Positions 58,706-64,000 of a stretch of DNA of 64,000 nt are shown in pieces. Location: NCBI RefSeq assembly GCF_009914755.1, contig NC_060929.1. One strand, given 5' to 3'. Below the pieces are notes generated by a model. That model had not been told where the DNA came from and made no database searches. It worked only from the letters and a program-made list of their open reading frames with translations. The first letter of the stretch is position 1. Each line of letters begins with the position of its first letter. This DNA comes from the human T2T-CHM13v2.0 reference genome, Homo sapiens. A program made the position numbers and the translations under genes.

Positions 58706-61703
58706 TCATAATTAGGTCAGGCTAGTCACCCCTCACTGTGCTTCCTTGACAAGGTTTGCTTTAATACATTTGATTTATTTTTGTAAGAAATTCATGCTCA
58801 AAATTTTCTCTGATTATGTATATAAATAATGCTCTCGTAGTAAAACTAATAACTAGTTTATTTATTTTTATGGAGACAAGCTGATTCATTTAAATTTTTA
58901 CGAAGATGTGGCTGCTAACTCCTAAATAACTAGAGAAAAAACTTAACCATCATGCAAATTCTTGAGAGAATCTAATATGAGATGTTTAAAATTTAATGTA
59001 TTTTCATTATTATAAATAAGATACACTTTAAATATTCATGTTTATCATGTAACATAACATTCAAATAGTAAGATTTTGCGTTGTTTCTAAGTATACTATA
59101 TGTATGTACACACACATATATATATACACACACACACACACAATCAGTATTTGGGAGAAAGGGAAGGTTTTTCCTATAAATATAAATTATTCAGTAGCAA
59201 ACAAAATCTACCTTTCTGTAATTGTGAGAGCTTTACTTATTGTCTTAAATTTTGAATAGTATTTCTAAACTAGAAATCTTAAGGACAAAAGAATAACTGT
59301 GAATAATGAGAAACAAACCTGCACAGAAGAATTATGGTTTAAACCTTGTCATTTTAATAAAATGTGACAGGAGAATATTACGCTGCAAGATGAAGTTTCA
59401 GCCTTTATTACATGATTTGATTTCATTGAGATCCATGGAGATAAACTGAAATATTTAGTGACAGTCCATTTTTTTAAACCATCTTCTCAGAAACAGATCA
59501 AAGAATGTAGACATATAGTTTATTATACTTGGCACCCTAATAAAAATTCTGAATATTTGCACAATTGGATCAGTTTCTCAGTTTCTGCAGGTCTTTATCT
59601 AACAAAATTAGCAAGTCATATACCTAGATAAACAAAACCTCCAACAAATCCATAAATCTCCTTTAAGTTATAAAGGATATGAGCATGACATTGAAAAGTA
59701 AGTGGAACTAATATTTTAATATGTACTGCCTCTAGCAAAAATGGAGTTAATAAATATGTCCATTTTATTGTACTCATAATTCAGCTGTAAAAGTTTACTC
59801 AAGGAGAAGCATGCCATTGTAGTCATATCATTTCACTCTTTTTACCCTGGCAATTATTTAATTTTATTTCAACTATTTATCACTCAGTATGCATTTAATG
59901 TACATTTACATTCATAGCTAGAAATATCCCTTTATTTTCCTCAGAAAGAATGAGATTGCTGACAATGTATGTAACTCTTTTGTTTTTACAGAAATGTTTC
60001 ATTTTCAATATTCAAAATTGTTATTTAGGATTTACTGTATCAGAGCAAACTCTTTCCTCCCTCAAACTTATGTGCCATGTATAGCTGCACATGGATAATG
60101 ATTTACTGAATATCCTGTGCAATAGAAAAGGTTGGCTTCAAGAGCAGGTGGTAAACATTATACCACCTCCATACTCATAAAATTTAACACCTTCCATTAT
60201 TCCTTTTGACTCTAATATACACATATGAGAAATTCAACAGTGTGATTTGATTTTTTTCCCTCAAATAATTCATTTATTTTTTAAAATGTCTGCATGGTGT
60301 TACTGGTTTTCTTGGAATAGTATTCCATGTTACCTCCCTAAGAGACTAAAGACAAAGTGATTCCCAAGGGTCTCAGTCACGCACTAAGATTTGACAAGCA
60401 AATTACCACAGAAAAGTGAGGATATCCTGTGAATGAGGAAGACACGGGGTAAACTATGATATTGACCAAAATGAGTTTTGCATATGTATGTTTCTGGTAA
60501 AACTAGGTAGACTATCTAAAGTAAAACAGACATATACTTTCTCAATGGAATTGAAGAGCTGTTGATGTAAACTAAGAATAGAGTGACCCCATGCATTCTT
60601 AGTGCTTCAAGTATTATGTATGTGCTATTACCTAGACCCTTTGCCAAATCCCATTACCTACAAAAAAAATCAAATACAATATGTTCAAAATTGTAGCATA
60701 ATTTACTTTCATGACAACCCCTATTCTTCCTCTTTTTATGTTTTTATTGATTGCGTTATATTTGTAATTTGTATTTTAAACAAACAATTACAGGTATTAT
60801 CAGTTCTCGCATAATCATTATCACCATGTCCCCCCTTTTAACTTCCTGAGGTTTTTCACTATAATTAAGCAGGAATTTAAATAACAGTGAACTAATAAAT
60901 TTATGTTTTTAGTGTTTATTAGTGTTTTTTTGTGTGAGTGAATACTTGGCTATAATGAAAGAATGAATTTCAGTAAACCTGAACCTGGTAGGAAAGTGAT
61001 AAAAAGGGACCTTGACTTTTGATTCATCCAGTCTCTCCCTAAGTACTCAGTGGTACAATGAATCAGCTAGCACTTTCACCTACCTAGAGGGCTGGCCAGC
61101 ATTCAACCAGTGTTTCCGAAACCATTGAGAAGGATTAAGAAGTTATAAAACACTCATGATAGTAGAACAGGGATCATCCTCTAGGATTTCAATCAGATGT
61201 TACATTTGGCATCAAGGATTCTTCATTAGGAAGTGAAGACCACAAAAGCAATTATCAGGAAAATGCCACCAAGTCACTCCTTTGTGTACCCAGCCATCTG
61301 CTAACAGGAAGCTGTACTCTCACTAACTACAAAAGAACTTACATACTTTGATTTATTCTGTTGCTATTCAACAATCACTCTCATCTCTGTAACAATAATA
61401 CACTAGGTATATAATGAACATCAGCAAATTAAACTCTCTGAGTCATTTTATTCACTTCATTTTTTCATTCATATTGCAAAGTAAATACTATAATTAAATA
61501 AAAGCAATTAACTTGACGCCTAGAACACTTTCAGTTCACTTGCATGAGTTTCTTCCCACGTTTTTTTTCTAGAATTATTTTTATATAAGACGCAATATAA
61601 TACAAAGCATATTCAATGTTTCCTATGTCAACAAGATTTGAAAGTAAGTAATGGCATAAATATTGTTTAAAATAATGTTTTACCCTCAGTATGGCAGATT
61701 AAA

Positions 61704-62063
61704 CAGATGATATCACACTGGTTCAACTGATGCTTTTTGACATTTATGATGGTGCAAAATTGACACACATTCAGTAGAAATCGTATTTTGGGTACCCATA
61801 CAACTAATATGTTTTTTACTCTTAGTACAATATTCTGTCAGTTATAAGTAATATTCAACACTTTATCATAAATATCACTTTTTCTTAAATAATTTTGCCC
61901 ACTTGTAGGCTGATGTAAGTGTTCCGAGCATGTTTAAGTTAAGTTAAGCTAGGATATAATGTTCAGTAGGTTAGGTGTATTAAATATATTTTCAACTTAC
62001 AATATTTTCAATTTATAATCAGTTTATCAGGATGTAATCCCATCATGAGTCAAGAAGCATCTG
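61704..62063 (-). mobile_element. MER47A-like Tigger MITE
   Basis: cagatg...catctg termini; internal gtaggttaggtgtattaaat...ttttcaacttacaatattttcaa. Confidence 0.88.
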
Positions 62064-62129
62064 CATTTCCCCTAAGTAGTTTTAAAAATACACCTAGTTT
62101 CTTCTTGTGTTCTTTTTAGAAATTTGCTA

Positions 62130-62490
62130 CTGTACCGTCAAATGGTAGAATATGTGTACCTCTCCCTTGAACTGTGGCAGAAGTGCTAAAACATGATTTC
62201 TGGAGCTAAAAACAATATAGCGCTTCCTGACTCTCTTAGGAAGCTTGCTTTTGGAACTCAGCCAACATGCTTTGAAGAAGCCATGTAGCCACACGGAGGC
62301 GTTCTTCTGACAGCCCTTTAGTGAGTTCTCAGCTGAGGGACCCCAGCAATCCATTAGACATGTAAGTGAGCAAGCAAACAAGTCTATCTTTCAGCTGTCC
62401 TTTGCGACACCCCAAGTGATGTCACATAAAGCAGAAATAGGTCTTTCTCCCACAAACCCGACAAAACTGCAGATTTATGATTTAATAAAA
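62130..62490 (+). mobile_element. MaLR LTR fragment (MLT1G-like)
   Basis: cttttggaactcagccaacatgctttgaagaagcc...agacatgtaagtgagc...aaactgcagatttatga. Confidence 0.7.
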
Positions 62491-63320
62491 TATTGGGATC
62501 AGCTGCAGACAGTGAATTGTATAGTGATTTCTTATAAAGAAATGGGTAGTACACTTAGAGAGTAACACTTGAATATTCTGTGCCTCCCACATCCTTCTAA
62601 TTTTTCCCTGGAGTTTAGATAACTTATCCTTTACTGAACTCAATTGTATGTTTATTCCAGTTTTTTTTGTTTGCTTCATCTTGTTTTATTTATTTGTATT
62701 TTTTGAATAATTTTCCATTTCTTCCTCTAAGTGGTAACTATATATTTTACTTACTACCTACCCCAGCTGTGAGCCTAAAGTGACCAGAATCAAAATTTGT
62801 TTCTAACAATCAGGGCCATGGTTGTTACTCTTCATTCTTATGTGGCGAGCCTGACTGCTGAGGAAATTCTTAAAACTGAGGATAAGCATAGTATTCAATA
62901 GATCTCTACATTAGGCACAGGATGCTTTTAAGCATTAGTGTACTTTGATAAAAACTTTGGAAAAAACATTTTGGATGTAGAACTGGAGGGGCATTTAAGT
63001 AGAATAGGTTGTATTCCTTGACAAATAGCAAGCCATGACACAACTGAGTGGCTATTTGACCTGATACTTTTTTATGTGTTTGTTAAAATCCACCTTTACC
63101 ACATTTGTTTATCCCAACATAGCATTGGTATCTAATCTTTATCAAAATTATATTGCATTCTTTATGATAACTCTCAGTTTTACTGTTTGACTAACTTGAT
63201 CTGTCATATTTGCAAATATGGCTTACGGTAACTGACTTTAATGTTCCAGAAGGATCAAGGTAGTTACAGAGTTTTTGTCCTTTCCATTTCACAGAACTGG
63301 ACCCTTATCGTCTACTAGTG

Positions 63321-63521
63321 TAGAGGTTGGAAAACTTTCCTTGTAAATATTACTCAGCTTTGCAAGCCTTATTTCTCTGTTGCAACTAGTTAACTCTACC
63401 ATGTGATACAAAAGAAGCCATAGACAATACATAAAAAATGGGTCTATTTTCCAGTAAAACATTTTTAACAAAAAAGGTGACAGATTAGATATGGTCCACG
63501 AGCAATAGTTTGCCAAACCTT
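63321..63521 (+). mobile_element. MER58A-like hAT MITE
   Basis: agaggttggaaaacttt...tctctgttgcaact...gccatagacaatac...atagtttgccaaacct (inverted termini). Confidence 0.85.
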
Positions 63522-63602
63522 CTACCAGAATAAGAACGTTATAGAAATTTTTCTGTTAAATATTTGGTAAGTCAGTTAAGCTTGTATCTATTTATTATCT
63601 AA

Positions 63603-63946
<344 letters not shown>

Positions 63947-64000
63947 TATTAATATTTTTAAAAGACTTCACAAGATAGAAGTTATGTGTTGAAAGAATAC

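Overview
This is AT-rich, CpG-poor primate (almost certainly human) non-coding DNA. I see no cellular protein-coding exon, RNA gene or CpG island. Every long ORF in the track comes from Alu, L1, HERV-L or simple-repeat sequence. The window is a layered transposon record: old L2, L1M, MIR, MaLR and DNA-transposon relics, 9 Alus, a 5'-inverted L1PA2-type insertion, and an internally deleted two-LTR HERV-L (MLT2A1-type) provirus sitting inside an older L1. Family and subfamily names are recalled from consensus sequences and need RepeatMasker/Dfam confirmation. I found no new gene system. The most unusual recurring signal is that several independent (TA)n tracts contain short copies of their own neighbouring sequence, mostly inverted (about 26.5, 35 and 48.2 kb, with smaller cases at 32.7 and 40.7 kb). 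One of these has grown into a palindromic minisatellite. Also notable are an AluYb8-like element lacking the Yb8 3' diagnostics and a very clear twin-priming junction in the L1PA2.
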